Positions 61,156 to 64,000 of a stretch of DNA of 64,000 bases are shown piece by piece. Positions within the stretch are counted from its first letter, which is position 1. Each line of letters opens with the position of its first letter. Source of the DNA: an uncultured bacterium (lineage in GTDB: Bacteria > SAR324 > NAC60-12). The DNA is taken from assembly GCA_965662235.1 (NCBI GenBank), contig CBFIGY010000017.1, forward strand, positions 1 through 64,000. The letters run 5' to 3'. The notes beneath the pieces are model-generated. The model ran no database searches, had not been told where the DNA came from, and saw only the letters and a list, made by a program, of their open reading frames with translations. The translations under genes were made by a program, and so were the position numbers.

Positions 61156-62709
61156 TCAGGCGGCAGCTTCGGCGTGTTGCTGAGACTGCTGCATCAAAAA
61201 GAGGTTGAGCATCTTCAGGGTCGCATTGACCGCTGCCATGACCTGGTCCGGATCGACCCCAACGGTCTGAACCCGTTTTCCCAGTAGGTCCCAAGTGATG
61301 AGGCATTCCGTCAGAGCATCGGTGTGCCCCCCTCGGGGAATGCGGACCTCGTAGTCCACCAGCTGCGGGCACTCGGTGTGCTGACGTCGGAGGATCTTCC
61401 GGATGGCGCTCATGAAGGCATCGTAGCCGCCGTTTCCGCTGCCAGCCTCATGAAACTCCCGGTTGTCCATGACGAGTCGCACAGAAGCAACGGCTTTCAG
61501 ACCACTGCCGCTGTTGATGGTGCAGCCCAGTAGCTGCACGCGTTGGGAGTCATGCGTCTCCAGCACATCTGTGATGATGAAGGGCAGGTCTGCCAGCGTG
61601 ATCGTCTTCTTGGAGTCTCCCAGCGCCACCACGCGGCGTAGTACCTTCTGCAGGTTTTCCTCCGTCAGCTGAATTCCCAGCTGTTCCAGATTCTTGGCCA
61701 GAGAGGCCTTGCCGCTCATTTTACCAAGGGCGTAGCTCCGCTTGCGGCCAAAACGCTCCGGAGTGATGGGGTTGTGGTAGAGGCCGCCCTTGCGGTCTCC
61801 ATCGGCATGAATGCCGCTGGTTTGGGTAAAGACGTCCTCTCCGACGATGGGAGCATTGTCCGCAATGCGTTTTCCAGAGAACCGCTCCACCATTTCACTC
61901 AATGGCGCCAGGTGGGATTCATCGATGGAAAGCTCCATCTGCAGCTTGTCCCGGAGGACAACGCTGACTTCTGCCAAAGACGCGTTTCCGGCCCGTTCCC
62001 CCAAACAGTTCATGGTGCAGTGGATGTTCCGGATGCCCGCCTTGACGGCAAACAGGGCATTGGCGACTCCCAGGCCATAGTCGTTGTGAGGGTGGAAGTC
62101 GAAGGTGGCCCAGGGAAACCGCTGGATCATGTCAGAGAGGCTGTCAAAGACCTCTGTGGGCGACATGACCCCGAGGGTATCCGGAAGCATGAAGTGCCCA
62201 ATGTTTTCGTTCTGGAGGGCGGCGACGAGTTCAAAGACGTACTCCGGACTGTCTCGATAGCCATTGGACCAGTCCTCAAGGTAGACGTTGGTGTGCACCC
62301 CCTGCTCACGCGCATAGGCGAGGGTTTCCCGGATCTCTCCCAGGTGTTCCTCCAGCGTCTTGCCGAGTTGATTGTGGCAGTGGTTCGCGCTGCCTTTGGT
62401 GAGAAGATTGATGACGTGCCCGCCGGCTTCTGTGATCCAGTCCACACTCTTGTTGAAATCGACAAACCCCAGGACTTCAATTTTTTCGACAAGCCCATGC
62501 TCCCGGGCCCATTCGGTGGTGCGTCGGACGGCGTCCAGCTCGCCCTCTGACACCCGGGCAGAAGCAATTTCCAGACGGTCGATCCGGAGCTTCTGCAGCA
62601 GGGCCTTGGCCAGGTTCATCTTTTCGGCCGGAGAGAAGGAGACGCCACGGGTCTGTTCTCCGTCCCGTAGAGTGGTGTCAAGGATGGTAACGAAATGATC
62701 TGCAGGCAT
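61156..62709 (-). CDS. cimA: (R)-citramalate synthase, Leptospira/Bacteroidetes type
   Basis: [51 protein letters not shown]. Confidence 0.85.
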   Translation of the reverse strand: MPADHFVTILDTTLRDGEQTRGVSFSPAEKMNLAKALLQKLRIDRLEIASARVSEGELDAVRRTTEWAREHGLVEKIEVLGFVDFNKSVDWITEAGGHVINLLTKGSANHCHNQLGKTLEEHLGEIRETLAYAREQGVHTNVYLEDWSNGYRDSPEYVFELVAALQNENIGHFMLPDTLGVMSPTEVFDSLSDMIQRFPWATFDFHPHNDYGLGVANALFAVKAGIRNIHCTMNCLGERAGNASLAEVSVVLRDKLQMELSIDESHLAPLSEMVERFSGKRIADNAPIVGEDVFTQTSGIHADGDRKGGLYHNPITPERFGRKRSYALGKMSGKASLAKNLEQLGIQLTEENLQKVLRRVVALGDSKKTITLADLPFIITDVLETHDSQRVQLLGCTINSGSGLKAVASVRLVMDNREFHEAGSGNGGYDAFMSAIRKILRRQHTECPQLVDYEVRIPRGGHTDALTECLITWDLLGKRVQTVGVDPDQVMAAVNATLKMLNLFLMQQSQQHAEAAA

Positions 62710-62749
62710 GAGTTCTTAATGGCAGCCCGGCGCGGGTGAGGCGCGGAGG

Positions 62750-63124
62750 TTACTTGGGAGCACGAAAGTGAGTCAGCAGCGCCAGTCCCAGCAGGACCGT
62801 CAGGCCGATGTGCAGCTCCCTGGGTAAGTCAAAGGAGTCGGCTCCCCACAACAGGAGGATGATCCCGGTGAGGATCAGTCCCAAGCCCGACAGCAGCTGC
62901 AGGGCTCCGGAGAGGGTGAGCCAGGACCGCTCCCGCAGACGAGAGGCATGTCCGCGGATGTGGTCCCATGAGTACATGGGGAAGATAACGATGAAGAAAA
63001 ACCCCAACCAGATGTGCCCCAGAGCAACAGCGGTGAAGCGCTCCCAGTCGGCATAGTGCGCGACCGTCAGGAAGAGTCCGGACCCTGTGAGCAACAGGCA
63101 ACTCAGAACAACCAGTTTCCTCAT
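62750..63124 (-). CDS. Small membrane protein with intramembrane histidines (cytochrome b-like)
   Basis: Hydrophobic helices with His in GHIWLG, WDHI, ELHIG and THF. Confidence 0.65.
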   Translation of the reverse strand: MRKLVVLSCLLLTGSGLFLTVAHYADWERFTAVALGHIWLGFFFIVIFPMYSWDHIRGHASRLRERSWLTLSGALQLLSGLGLILTGIILLLWGADSFDLPRELHIGLTVLLGLALLTHFRAPK

Positions 63125-63190
63125 AGATGTTTCTGGAAGCGCTCGCGCAAGCCGTTGAGCAAAAAGCTCAATTGTAGGACATGCGGGACG

Positions 63191-63811
63191 CTAGAGCAAA
63201 CCCAATTGCATCAGGTCCTGCCGCAGGCGTGAGGCATCCTGAAAACGCAGGCCGGTCATTCCGGAAGCGGCCGCGGCTGCTGTATTGTCCGCACGGTCGT
63301 CAATGAACACGCAGCGCTCGGCCTGCAGCTGAAATTTGTCCAGCAGCCGTTGGAAGATGGCAGGATCCGGTTTCTTCAGCTGCTCTTCTCCTGAGATGAG
63401 CAGGCCATCGAACCACGTGAGGAAGGGAAACTGGTGACGGGCGACGGCGAAGGTTTCCGCAGACCAGTTGCTGAGAACGTAGAGGGGGGTGTCGCGGGCC
63501 TTGAGGTCTTCCAGAACCGACACGGTGCCTTCCAGCGCACCGCCAATCATTTCTCCCCAGCGGTCGAAGAAGGCTCGGATCCAGGCTTCGTGCTGAGGAA
63601 ACTCGGCAATCTTATCTGCGACGCCTTGGGCAAACGGATAGCCGGCGTCCATCTGTTCGTTCCATTCTCCGGTGCAGACTTCCTGGAGGAACCACTCCAT
63701 TTCTGTCTCTGAGGGAATCAGTTTGCGGTACAGGTGCCGGGGGTCCCAGTCAATCAAGACTCCTCCAAGGTCAAAGACGACGGTATCGGGGGCCGGCTGA
63801 GCTTCAGGCAT
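63191..63811 (-). CDS. HAD-superfamily phosphatase
   Basis: FDLGGV, LSNW, KKPD, FIDD. Confidence 0.92.
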   Translation of the reverse strand: MPEAQPAPDTVVFDLGGVLIDWDPRHLYRKLIPSETEMEWFLQEVCTGEWNEQMDAGYPFAQGVADKIAEFPQHEAWIRAFFDRWGEMIGGALEGTVSVLEDLKARDTPLYVLSNWSAETFAVARHQFPFLTWFDGLLISGEEQLKKPDPAIFQRLLDKFQLQAERCVFIDDRADNTAAAAASGMTGLRFQDASRLRQDLMQLGLL

Positions 63812-63855
63812 GATGAGGTGCGGGCGTTGGGGTTGGGGGAAGGGCGCCACACGCC

Positions 63856-64000
63856 TCAGGAAGAAGGGGGCGGCGCAGCAGTCCGGAGTCGCTCAGAGGC
63901 GTGCTCCAGAGCCTCGTCGATTGTTTCGAAGAAATTTTGTGCCCCTAGTAGCTTGAGGAGTCCAGCCTTTTCCATCATTTCTTTGGTTTGCTCCTGAGTT
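63856..64000 (-). CDS. Partial CDS: C-terminal end of a STAS domain (probably a SulP transporter), cut by the window edge
   Basis: Reads ...QTKEMMEKAGLLKLLGAQNFFETIDEALEHA...stop. Confidence 0.7.
   Translation of the reverse strand, partial: TQEQTKEMMEKAGLLKLLGAQNFFETIDEALEHASERLRTAAPPPSS

Overview
This 64-kb window is GC-rich bacterial chromosome, mostly housekeeping genes. The gene content suggests a deltaproteobacteria-like lineage, possibly SAR324 (inference only). Left to right it holds: a compositionally distinct CobW/WD40 pair; tyrS, recR, ribE, mltA, udk and gloB; a block of unknown envelope and lipoprotein genes; surA, a sulfatase, an SDR and a large NAD-glutamate dehydrogenase; an MMPL/RND + LolA-like + outer-membrane barrel operon under a tandem operator; dcd, leuA and leuS; the str-S10-spc-alpha ribosomal cluster (no rplC, rpsD, adk, map or infA, and a divergent EF-G); then rimO, yebC, ruvC, a NadD-PncC fusion and cimA. 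No rRNA, tRNA, CRISPR array or transposase was recognised. The strongest candidate for an undescribed system is a ~930-nt, heavily base-paired non-coding element (about 15555-16480, minus strand). It sits behind a near-consensus sigma-28 promoter, carries a repeated UCUG(GA) motif, and leads directly into a gene for a small exported protein. Other notable signals are a shared acidic 'DLLxF(E/D)' repeat on both membrane components of the transporter, a strong excess of the palindrome TCCGGA, an anti-TRAP-like protein and a probable recycling-type EF-G. All helices and motif counts were done by eye and need computational confirmation.
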